Of a DNA stretch of 14,524 nt, positions 7,172 through 14,524 are shown one piece after another. This DNA comes from a virus (taxonomy: Duplodnaviria; Heunggongvirae; Uroviricota; Caudoviricetes). The stretch's first letter is position 1, and each line of letters begins with the position of its first letter. The stretch is from positions 1 through 14,524 of IMG/VR virus record IMGVR_UViG_2718218128_000007; one strand, written 5' to 3'. The position numbers and the translations under genes are program-made. The notes under the pieces are model-generated. The model ran no database searches. It worked only from the letters and a program-made list of their open reading frames with translations, and was not told the origin of the DNA.

Positions 7172-7519
7172 GACCGACCTCTATTTCCCTGAATTTACGA
7201 CGAAACTGTTCGAGCGGGCTGAAGCACTCATGCTCATAGCCTTCACGGAGGTAGATAACCCGTTGTGTTTCCGGCTCCCAACGAATAACTCTGACGGGCA
7301 CTCCGTAGTGATCTTTGAACCAGCGGTTAACTTGTCGCAAAGGACTGTCTCCTTCTGCCGGTTGAAATCACCCACAGCCCACTCTGCAAAGCTGTGGGTT
7401 ACAATTTCCCTGTCACCTGGTACATTCACTGCATAGCAATATTCCACCTTCGCTTTTCCACCCGGTACAGGAAGCGCAATCAGTTGCGAGCGACGGTAGT
7501 GTGTTGTTAAACTGTTCAT
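7161..7519 (-). pseudogene. frameshifted gene of unknown function (two reading frames needed to span it)
   Basis: The frame from the ATG at 7519 gives [52 protein letters not shown]..., then degenerates into low-complexity sequence ending at 7181. A second minus-strand frame is open from 7367 to a TAA at 7161..7163 and reads as ordinary protein (...[61 protein letters not shown]). That second frame overlaps the HTH gene start by 11 nt in the usual coupled manner. This implies a single-base indel near 7330..7367. Confidence 0.4.
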
Positions 7520-8085
7520 GCGTTAGTTTCTCCACAACCAGAAGCAATCGACGCCACGACGCCCGGAGCTGCACACTCGCGGGCGTCATTACTTTCTGAA
7601 ATGCAAAAGATTTTGTAGACCAGTGCTGCATGCTCCTGCAGCTTCGAAATTGAGAGATACAGCTCGTCGTTAATTGCTGTCTTCTCATGCGGTTCCACTA
7701 CACCGTCTTCGATTGCTGAACGAATCTGTTTTGAATAACTGCCGATCTGTTCAATGACTTCCAGCAGACGCTGGTTAATATCGGCGTTGTCCACATCCTC
7801 GACGTCAGGAAGAGACACAAAGACGCCATTTGCAGACTGCGCCACAGCATCAGCAATGAAGTGAGTGCCACCAGCACGCTGTAAAACCATTGCCCATCCC
7901 AGCGGGAAAATCTGATCGCCATCTGCACGAAGGCGGTTGAATAAAGCGTTTTCTGTTACATCGAGCCAGTCAGCCGCTTCAGCGTAACCCCCCGGCAACG
8001 CCGCGATAGTTTTTCTGACAGCTTTCACGTACCACTCAGGCTGTTTTTCTATTTTCCAGTGATGCTTACCCACGATTAGCCTCAT
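7516..8085 (-). CDS. putative phage early regulatory protein (possibly CII/CP76-like); family assignment uncertain
   Basis: ORF 7516..8199 (-). The first 38 codons from the ATG at 8199 look non-coding (Arg/Ser/Phe-rich, over an AT-rich promoter-like region), so I prefer the ATG at 8085 ([25 protein letters not shown]...). Neither start has a clear Shine-Dalgarno. It heads the minus-strand early operon, divergent from the DUF551/AlpA pair. Confidence 0.35.
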   Translation of the reverse strand: MRLIVGKHHWKIEKQPEWYVKAVRKTIAALPGGYAEAADWLDVTENALFNRLRADGDQIFPLGWAMVLQRAGGTHFIADAVAQSANGVFVSLPDVEDVDNADINQRLLEVIEQIGSYSKQIRSAIEDGVVEPHEKTAINDELYLSISKLQEHAALVYKIFCISESNDARECAAPGVVASIASGCGETNA

Positions 8086-8275
8086 CGTTCTGTGGTTAAA
8101 AATTGAAAGTGTTCTGCTAATCTTTCGGATAGATAATTGGCTGGCGTTCTCTCTGGTACACCTGGGGACAAAAAGAAACCGGAGAATGGCAGTGGACATT
8201 TCAGGTCGGGGACCTTGAAAACGTCAATATCACTCACTGGGCAGTAATGCCAAAAGCACCGGAGGCTGGAGCATA

Positions 8276-8896
8276 ATGACCACTTTTACCGACAAAGAAC
8301 TGATTAAAGAAATTAAAGAGCGTATCAGCAGCCTTGACGTGCGAGACGATATTGAGCGCCGTGCTTATGAAATTGCTCTGGCATCGCTGGAAGAGGATCC
8401 GGTGGCATGGCTGCATTCAGACAATGGCTTAGGTATTCCGGCAATAACGAGGAGTAAAAACATTGCTGACAGTTGGTTATCAAAGGGCTGGTATGTTCAG
8501 CCGCTATATATAGCCAAGCCAGTGCTGGTGGTGCCAGATGCTCGTCCGTCTTTAAATAATGGCATAGTCGGTTTTGATGAAGGCTGGAACGCCTGCCGCG
8601 CCACCATGCTTCATGGTGCCAAACCTGTAAGCCAGACTTACAAGTTGAACAAGCTATCGGGCAACTCTCCGGTAACTCCGGATGGTTGGATAAGCTGTAG
8701 TGAGCGAATGCCGAATGATAAACAGTATGTTTGGTGTTGGGGTAAGTCTTACGGCTGGACTGAGTACGATACCTTCGAAGGGTATTACGATTGGTCGAGA
8801 AACAAATGGTGGGCAGTTACTGACGATGGGGAAGAACCGGCATCGAAAGTAACCCACTGGATGCCGCTACCGGAGCCACCGCAGGAGGTGAAGTAA
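8276..8896 (+). CDS. DUF551-domain prophage protein
   Basis: C-terminal Trp-rich block DGWISCSERMPNDKQYVWCWGKSYGWTEYDTFEGYYDWSRNKWWAVTDDGEEPASKVTHWMPLPEPP is characteristic of DUF551. GGAGG Shine-Dalgarno upstream; stop overlaps the next gene's ATG (TAATG). Confidence 0.65.
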   Translation: MTTFTDKELIKEIKERISSLDVRDDIERRAYEIALASLEEDPVAWLHSDNGLGIPAITRSKNIADSWLSKGWYVQPLYIAKPVLVVPDARPSLNNGIVGFDEGWNACRATMLHGAKPVSQTYKLNKLSGNSPVTPDGWISCSERMPNDKQYVWCWGKSYGWTEYDTFEGYYDWSRNKWWAVTDDGEEPASKVTHWMPLPEPPQEVK

Positions 8897-9090
8897 TGAA
8901 CAACTTAATGACAACTAAACAAGTCGCCGACTTCTGTGGCGTTTCAGTATCGACCGTTCTTCGCTGGAACAGCGTAAACAGGAGAACTGGCCAGAAATAC
9001 AGGCCTGACTTTCCAGATCCTGATATTAAATCCTGCCCAAATAAATGGGCATCACGCAAGATATACAGGTTTGCTGGAGTTATTGAGTGA
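8896..9090 (+). CDS. AlpA/excisionase-like small HTH DNA-binding protein
   Basis: 64 aa; LMTTKQVADFCGVSVSTVLRWNSVNRR fits the Xis/AlpA-family HTH pattern (T-x-K-Q/E-V-A ... G-V-S ... T-V-x-R-W). GGAGGTG Shine-Dalgarno; translationally coupled to the DUF551 gene. Confidence 0.55.
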   Translation: MNNLMTTKQVADFCGVSVSTVLRWNSVNRRTGQKYRPDFPDPDIKSCPNKWASRKIYRFAGVIE

Positions 9091-9125
9091 TGGGTATTAG
9101 ATCATATCAGAACTAATACCCATCA
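9088..9125. repeat. 13-bp perfect inverted repeat (hairpin or protein-binding palindrome) at the boundary between the xis-like gene and the SIR2 cargo gene
   Basis: TGATGGGTATTAG (9088..9100) and CTAATACCCATCA (9113..9125) are exact reverse complements separated by 12 nt. No U-tract follows on either strand, so it is not a classical intrinsic terminator. Confidence 0.5.
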
Positions 9126-9292
9126 ATGACACAGAGCCAACTACCCACCCTGTGTCAGGGGCTAACTTTTAACACCATAATTCACCGCTAGATAAAAACT
9201 GTATTGCATTGCACGAGCGGCGCAGCATTATCAGTTAGAGTGTCTTTACCTTGTTAGGCTCCACAGTTCGCACTGTCCAACGCCTGTCACTT

Positions 9293-12200
9293 TCACACGC
9301 TGCGCCTTCGAGAATATTCATTTAATCGCTGATAACGAACATCTTGCTCCAGTTGTGGAGCAGCTTGAACAATTTGAAGCAAGCATTGCCCCAACTCTCG
9401 AGGCCCCCAGTGTTGGTCGGCAATCACGGCATTCAGCAGGGATAGAGCGTCCGCAGGATATCGGCTGCAAATATCTGATTTTAGCAAAAGGCGAACGTCG
9501 TAGCTAAGGTGTTCGAGCGGTTGCAGCCAGTCCTGCACCACTGCCAAAGCCGCCGGAAATTCACCTCGGGCAGCAATCACCATACGAGTCAACGATTCGG
9601 ATATGCGTGGGGTGGCCAAGTTGCGGGACTTTGGCCAAACCTGTTGCCAAAATGGCTGGACACGATTTTTCCAATACTCCTCGCGCTGATCGCCCGCACC
9701 TTCAAGTGCCTGGTATAACGCCTGCGCGGCTACCTCCAGACCTTCTTGTGGAAGAGCACTAATTGCCGTTCGGAACTCCTCCACGGTATATCCCTCGGTA
9801 GGGCCCAGAGCTGCATAAGTCAGGAAAGTAGCGAATTGCTGCCGGTGCTCGCCAAGATCAGAATAGTGATTGGCGCTCTCCAAAAAATCTGACTTGAAAG
9901 CTATCAGCAACGGTTCATACAGGCGTGGCGACCAGAGGAAGCCTTCCCACACAGCTTGTGCTTCGACGGGATTACTCCAAGCAAACAAGGGCAATAGATA
10001 CTGTTCGGTCCAAGGTCGATCTACGCGAAAAAATGCGATCAGCCGCGACCCCAGCAACACCCGACCATGGCGGAATAGCTCTATCTGTACATTACACAAT
10101 TTGGTGAAAAGTGTTTTCAATTCAACAGGAAGCAAATCATTGTCATTCGGGTTCTGTTTGAACCATAGGGTGATCAGTGATTGCGTGACATGCCCAATGG
10201 GATGATTGATCGCCGTAGAAACAGGATCATAGGTCTCAATTCCGTTTCGAATGGTGCTAGACTCTGGGCTTGTTTCTATCATCAGAACCCGACGACAAAG
10301 GGCCAGTAGAATCTCCTCGTGGCAGAGGATGGGCTTCGAAGCCTCCTCCATCCACCAAGTGACAGCGTGGGAAATCTCCTGAAGTACTGCGTCAGGCATG
10401 TCAAGCACCAACGGTGCGGCGTACCGCCACGAACGCAAAATCATCCCTGGTTCAGCCCAAGTCTGCAGAGCTTCACGCCACCGACCAACAGGCCACACAT
10501 CATCTTGTGATAGTTTACGTAACGCATACAGACTGTGAAAAAAGCGCGTACGGCAAACATCACTCCAAGTGTCCTCATAGAAAGGCAGTCTTTCTGGCAT
10601 AGGCTTTGCGAGCCATTGCACTAATTCCTGCCACTTACGGGGCGCAATGTCGACATCTATACTCTCCTCGAAGCCTGGATCACCGGTTCCGCTCATCCAG
10701 TGAGAGAATTCATCACGCTCGTTGGTTGCCAGTTGCCATTTTGGGTATGCTGTGGATATTTCCGTCAAACGTGTAGCCGCAGACTCTCCCAAAACAAGGC
10801 CCGCTCCCCTGAGCTTCGCTAGACACAACCAGACGGAATGAGCCACCAAATAATGCCACCTGTCTGCTTCCAAATTATCCTCGTACATCTCGCGCGGAGG
10901 CCCTGCCAAGATAGCAGTTTCCAGACGCTCTTGTGCAATTCCTGTCAGATGTCGTCCCTGCAAAACAAACAGTCTGAATACCTCTCGCCCAGTATCCGTG
11001 GCCCACAACCACCATGAACCGTCCTCTAACAACCAATTAACCCACCGCTCAGGTGGTATGCAGTTGTCTTGGCTTGCGGAAAACAGTGCCAGACGTTTGA
11101 AGGTGGGATATGGCAACTCAAACCAATTCTGAGCAATGCGCGTGGCCTGATCGCTGTCTTTGGCTCGAACGGCTAACCATGAATCCCGAAGTAATTCAAT
11201 CAGGCTCACCCAATCGCGGAACCCCCGGTTCTGCCAGTGCGGAGTGATGGACGGCAAATCCCAATGCGAGCGGTCGTGACGATCGTCGGACTCTCCCAAC
11301 TCCCGCAACAAGTCCAGTGCATCACGCAACAACTGCTGAAAATCTTCCAACAGGTATGGCAAGGACGATTTCCATGACTCGTCAGCAAGGTCGAACAGGG
11401 TTGAACGTACGTAATCAGCAGTCAGCACCAGCTCCCAATCCACCAATTGCTTGATTCGCAAGGGCTCATCAGTGCTGCTCGAATCGTCTTCACTATAGCG
11501 AAACGGCCGCCTCAACATAACCTTGGGAGAAAGCAACTCGCGTAACTCCAAACGCAATGTAGTCGTCAAGCCTTCATTCTTTAAGCGGTTTTGCCAACGA
11601 TACAAATCCAGGTTCTGCAATGGCGATTTCACACGACCACTAAGCAGAAGCCGCCATAAAGTAGACATAGGTGGACCAGGAATAGCCAGGGGGGAATGCA
11701 AGAGAATTTCATCTAACTCAGAAGTCTTACGCTCCCGCATCAGTGCTGCTAAGCGATCTAGTTCGCTCTCAATCAGAAACATCCAACGGTCGTGTATTTG
11801 TCCGCCGCGTTCAGCAATCCATATGATCAACCTAGGGTCGCCCAGATAACGAACTAGCCAACGGGCTATATGGGACATTACGTCATCCCATTTGCTAGCA
11901 CTGACACATCCAGAAACCAGCGACATCTGCGGGGCTAGCTCATAGGGCGCAGGACGCTGAACCAGACTGAATCGGAGTTTCGGGTCAATTTCGACATGCG
12001 GAGATACACAAAAGCGTGGCAGATCGCTGTATTTAAATCGTTCGTCCGAGAAAGCTTTCAATAACCAATCCAGCGGCGGTGCAGGATTGAGTTCCGCAAA
12101 ACATTTTGCTGGTAAACCTGACTTATCAGATAAGGCCCACATCATCCGACCAACGAAATCGTCCTGCCGAGTGCTATCCTGCGGGCGGGCCAGAGCATGT

Positions 12201-13120
12201 TTGACGACAATGGCTTCTTTGCCTTGTATACCATCGCGATAAATATTTGCCCAAGCACGCAATGTATGGTGCATCGCTGAATGATCATTGGAGTCCGCCG
12301 GTACGGTGTAAAGGATGGGGGTGACCCCCTTGGCCTCCCACTCGATAGATTTCCGGTGCTCCTGCCCCGGCTCACATTCTCCTAGTGCCCATACTTGCGG
12401 CGTGACTTCACCGAGCCTCCGATCTGCTGCCAGTGCGTCCATCATATAGCGTAGCACCGGGTCGTTGATGCTGTAGCCCACGAAGCAGACCACGTAGTTA
12501 CGGAACAAGTCACTTACAAAACGGGCAGCCCAGCGTTCCGTGAGATAGGCTAAGCCAAAGTCTCCACTAGTGACAACCAGACGATTCAGAGCAGTATCGT
12601 CTGTCTTTTCCGGTAACAACCCATGCAGGTAGACTATTCCGTCCCAGCGACTATTTTTCGGAATTGGCAGCATCGGCGCTACATAAGCCTGAAACGCTTG
12701 GGCCGTGCGTTTAGCTGCCACATGAAATAAGCGGTCAAAGTTGGTAGTAACTAACCGAAGGGCACCATCGCGACTACGCGCCAAACGCAACAGCGCCATC
12801 TGAGTATCAGTTGCGCCTCTATAGTGAAGTTTTGGCTTAAGGGCTTGTTCCAGCGCGCGACGGACGGCTATACGCTGTCCCGGTAGGCGCCGTTCCAACA
12901 AATCCAATGTGGCGTCGAACTGACCGCGCTTGAAGGCCTCACACTCAATTTCTGAAAGTGTTGTTCCGTTCAACTGGTAAATCCGCTTTACCAATCCCTT
13001 GAAACCTGGCAAACCAGCAGGGTAGGAAATGCCTGCCCCGCAGAAGAACACCACGCGGCCTTCCTCGTGCGCCTGCAAAAGTTCATCCGGAATATCAGGG
13101 CCGTTGGTGATAAATTGCAT
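9293..13120 (-). CDS. large single-gene SIR2-domain protein (defence-associated sirtuin-like): N-terminal SIR2 NADase-type domain plus about 1000-aa Trp-rich helical C-terminal region; candidate anti-phage/abortive-infection effector
   Basis: 1275-aa uninterrupted ORF with a strong Shine-Dalgarno (AGGAGGAAAAGGA) before the ATG at 13120. N-terminal motifs of the prokaryotic SIR2 family: VVFFCGAGISYPAGLPGF (NAD-binding GAGIS-type), LVTTNFDRLF (Asn 127), IVYLHGLL (His 165, 38 residues after the Asn) and CFVGYSINDP. No Walker A/P-loop is visible. Located between the integrase and the xis-like gene. Confidence 0.8.
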   Translation of the reverse strand: MQFITNGPDIPDELLQAHEEGRVVFFCGAGISYPAGLPGFKGLVKRIYQLNGTTLSEIECEAFKRGQFDATLDLLERRLPGQRIAVRRALEQALKPKLHYRGATDTQMALLRLARSRDGALRLVTTNFDRLFHVAAKRTAQAFQAYVAPMLPIPKNSRWDGIVYLHGLLPEKTDDTALNRLVVTSGDFGLAYLTERWAARFVSDLFRNYVVCFVGYSINDPVLRYMMDALAADRRLGEVTPQVWALGECEPGQEHRKSIEWEAKGVTPILYTVPADSNDHSAMHHTLRAWANIYRDGIQGKEAIVVKHALARPQDSTRQDDFVGRMMWALSDKSGLPAKCFAELNPAPPLDWLLKAFSDERFKYSDLPRFCVSPHVEIDPKLRFSLVQRPAPYELAPQMSLVSGCVSASKWDDVMSHIARWLVRYLGDPRLIIWIAERGGQIHDRWMFLIESELDRLAALMRERKTSELDEILLHSPLAIPGPPMSTLWRLLLSGRVKSPLQNLDLYRWQNRLKNEGLTTTLRLELRELLSPKVMLRRPFRYSEDDSSSTDEPLRIKQLVDWELVLTADYVRSTLFDLADESWKSSLPYLLEDFQQLLRDALDLLRELGESDDRHDRSHWDLPSITPHWQNRGFRDWVSLIELLRDSWLAVRAKDSDQATRIAQNWFELPYPTFKRLALFSASQDNCIPPERWVNWLLEDGSWWLWATDTGREVFRLFVLQGRHLTGIAQERLETAILAGPPREMYEDNLEADRWHYLVAHSVWLCLAKLRGAGLVLGESAATRLTEISTAYPKWQLATNERDEFSHWMSGTGDPGFEESIDVDIAPRKWQELVQWLAKPMPERLPFYEDTWSDVCRTRFFHSLYALRKLSQDDVWPVGRWREALQTWAEPGMILRSWRYAAPLVLDMPDAVLQEISHAVTWWMEEASKPILCHEEILLALCRRVLMIETSPESSTIRNGIETYDPVSTAINHPIGHVTQSLITLWFKQNPNDNDLLPVELKTLFTKLCNVQIELFRHGRVLLGSRLIAFFRVDRPWTEQYLLPLFAWSNPVEAQAVWEGFLWSPRLYEPLLIAFKSDFLESANHYSDLGEHRQQFATFLTYAALGPTEGYTVEEFRTAISALPQEGLEVAAQALYQALEGAGDQREEYWKNRVQPFWQQVWPKSRNLATPRISESLTRMVIAARGEFPAALAVVQDWLQPLEHLSYDVRLLLKSDICSRYPADALSLLNAVIADQHWGPRELGQCLLQIVQAAPQLEQDVRYQRLNEYSRRRSV

Positions 13121-13306
13121 TCCTTTTCCTCCTATCCAATGTGGATATTCATTCGAGCAAATTAGGGGACAATGGGGCTACAGATTATTAGACCGACTAT
13201 GCAAACACTGCTTCCTTGCAAGCTACCCTGATCTAGCCAAATCACAATGTCCGCTCTCCTATCAAAGCAAACGGCTAGATTTGATTGTATTATGGCTACT
13301 CAAGGA

Positions 13307-14524
13307 TCAGTTAGAGTCTGAGCAAGTAATTATCGATTCAATCCTCTCCCACCATGCCAAGTAAGCTTTACGCTGTTCTTCTAGATAATCGCTCTTATCA
13401 TAAACTTGCCATACCCCTGGCAGCTTATGACCAAGCATGATTTCTGCGATATGAGGCGCAGTAAGATCAGAAAAATTTGTTCGTGCTGTCCGTCTCAAGT
13501 CATGAAGAGACCAATGAGGGAATTGATACCCAAAACGCCGCCATGCGTATTGCATTAAATTGTAAGGTAGCGACTGCAAGGATGTCCGACCAACTGGTTC
13601 CCTGCTTCCTTCCTTAGTAAAAAGCATATCGGAACCGTTGTTCATAGAGATAACGTATTTTATAAGCTCTTCAACCGGTTCAATAATGGGCCGCTTTAGC
13701 GGTTCGTCTGTTATATCCCCTGTCTTATGTCGTTCTGGTGGTACAGTCCATATTTTATTAATGAAATCAAAATCGTCCACCTTGGCAGTAATTAGCTCTG
13801 AACTACGGCAACCAAAATGCAGCAATAGTTTAATGAAGGCCCGGTATTTAGGAACCATTCGAGAACCATCGATCGCAGCATAAAGGATTTTAATTTCATC
13901 ATGTGTCAGAAACCGTTTCTTCTGACCTTTACGGATATCCATATCTTTACCCGTGATATCCGACAGCGGGCGAGTTTCAATGAGCTTTCTCTTATACGCC
14001 CAGACATGGGCCTGCTTTGCGTTAATTAGCAATCGGTCTGCTATTGCTGGAGTCTTAGTGCTAAGAGGCTCCAGGACTTCTAACCAATCATGCAATGTAG
14101 CTGCATCGTGAGGGATATTCCCGATTTTAGAGAACAGGTGCAGCTCAAACGAGCGGAGTATCTGTTCAGAACCTTTTTTATTTTTTACACAATATGCTTC
14201 ATACCAAGCACGGATCACAGATTCTACCGTCATGGCTTCAGTAGCTTTACGTTTTTCTGCCAGCTTGACCAATCGTGGATTGCGGTTTGACTCGAGTTCA
14301 CCACGAAGACGGATAACTTCTTCTCTGGCCTCTTTTAGTCCAGTTGACGGGTAAGTTCCGATATCAAGACGCTCACCTTTCCCCGCCCACTGATAACGAT
14401 ATTGGAACACTACGCGACCTTTCGGTGATACTCTAACAGACAGACCATCACGATCGGATTTAACCAAAACCTTATCACGTTCCTTTCCAACGACTGAACG
14501 CAACCACGCATCAGACAGCGCCAT
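13307..14524 (-). CDS. int: tyrosine site-specific integrase (P4-like, with arm-type N-terminal domain)
   Basis: 405-aa ORF whose ATG is at the window edge (14522..14524). The N-terminus (MALSDAWLRSV...GLSVRVSPKGRVVFQYRYQWAGKGERLDIGTYP...LKEAREE) resembles P4-type integrase arm-binding domains. C-terminal catalytic-region motifs: HDLRRTARTNF and LGHKLPGVWQVYDKSDY (candidate tyrosine nucleophile). Confidence 0.85.
   Translation of the reverse strand: MALSDAWLRSVVGKERDKVLVKSDRDGLSVRVSPKGRVVFQYRYQWAGKGERLDIGTYPSTGLKEAREEVIRLRGELESNRNPRLVKLAEKRKATEAMTVESVIRAWYEAYCVKNKKGSEQILRSFELHLFSKIGNIPHDAATLHDWLEVLEPLSTKTPAIADRLLINAKQAHVWAYKRKLIETRPLSDITGKDMDIRKGQKKRFLTHDEIKILYAAIDGSRMVPKYRAFIKLLLHFGCRSSELITAKVDDFDFINKIWTVPPERHKTGDITDEPLKRPIIEPVEELIKYVISMNNGSDMLFTKEGSREPVGRTSLQSLPYNLMQYAWRRFGYQFPHWSLHDLRRTARTNFSDLTAPHIAEIMLGHKLPGVWQVYDKSDYLEEQRKAYLAWWERIESIITCSDSN

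Larger units (their letters stand above)
1..14524. mobile_element. defective lambdoid prophage remnant carrying accessory/cargo genes; boundaries not contained in the window
   Basis: Co-linear phage modules (int, xis-like, Q, holin-R-Rz/Rz1, HNH-TerS, tail fiber-tfa), but no large terminase, portal, capsid, tail shaft, repressor or replication genes. No att site or tRNA is visible; the integrase reaches the right edge and the acetyltransferase the left edge. Confidence 0.6.

Noticed and set aside
7164-7928. ORFs 7164..7436 (+), 7413..7688 (-) and 7698..7928 (-)
   Set aside because: They overlap the frameshifted gene and the regulator gene in alternative frames; the coupled-operon frames explain the region better.
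8086-8199. N-terminal 38-codon extension of the regulator ORF (start at 8199)
   Set aside because: The extension translates an AT-rich promoter-like stretch into Arg/Ser/Phe/Leu-rich sequence and has no Shine-Dalgarno. The internal ATG at 8085 is preferred, though it also lacks a clear RBS, so the start remains uncertain.
9509-11849. Plus-strand ORFs 9509..9718, 9870..10205, 9925..10107, 10319..10510, 10414..10602 and 11523..11849 inside the SIR2 gene
   Set aside because: All are antisense shadow ORFs within a single uninterrupted 3.8-kb coding frame; their compositions are Arg/Ser/Cys-rich, typical of non-coding frames.
9293-13120. Possibility that the SIR2 giant is a SIR2-STAND (Avs-type) protein or half of a two-gene system such as Thoeris or SIR2-HerA
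   Set aside because: I found no Walker A (GxxxxGK[ST]) motif anywhere in the 1275 aa, and the only adjacent genes are the integrase and a convergent xis-like gene. There is no TIR, HerA or other partner ORF, so a stand-alone DSR-like architecture is the better fit.
13231-13290. Short inverted repeat ATCTAGCC / GGCTAGAT in the int-to-SIR2 intergenic region as an integrase arm site or operator
   Set aside because: It is only 8 bp with imperfect flanks; too short to distinguish from chance without comparative data.
1-14524. CRISPR array, tRNA/tmRNA gene or attachment-site core
   Set aside because: I saw no run of regularly spaced direct repeats and no cloverleaf-like tRNA sequence. The integrase and the acetyltransferase reach the two window edges, so any att site or tRNA target presumably lies outside the window.

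Overview
The window reads as a degraded, mosaic lambdoid prophage remnant, almost entirely transcribed on the minus strand, with at least three accessory (moron/cargo) insertions. From right to left: a tyrosine integrase (13307..14524) that starts at the window edge; a 1275-aa single-gene SIR2-domain protein (9293..13120) wedged between the integrase and an oppositely oriented DUF551 + AlpA/excisionase-like pair (8276..9090); a compressed early operon (putative regulator, a frameshifted gene, a small HTH protein, antiterminator Q; 6468..8085); an AT-rich opposite-strand moron with an HNH-like Cys/His motif in the Q-to-holin slot (5671..6417); a lambda-type lysis cassette (holin, endolysin R, Rz with embedded Rz1; 4149..5404); two small accessory ORFs (3415..4110); an HNH endonuclease and a P27-family small terminase with an aberrant C-terminus (2254..3349); then a tail fiber ORF, tail fiber assembly gene and a NeuD/PglD-family hexapeptide acyltransferase (1..2250). 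Large terminase, portal, capsid, tail shaft, repressor and replication genes are absent, so the element looks non-inducible. The most interesting candidate is the SIR2 giant: it has the NADase-type motifs of defence-associated sirtuins, no NTPase motif and no partner gene. All calls are from reading the ORF translations and the DNA by eye; no database search or computation was run, so family assignments are recollection-based and should be confirmed by HMM/BLAST.
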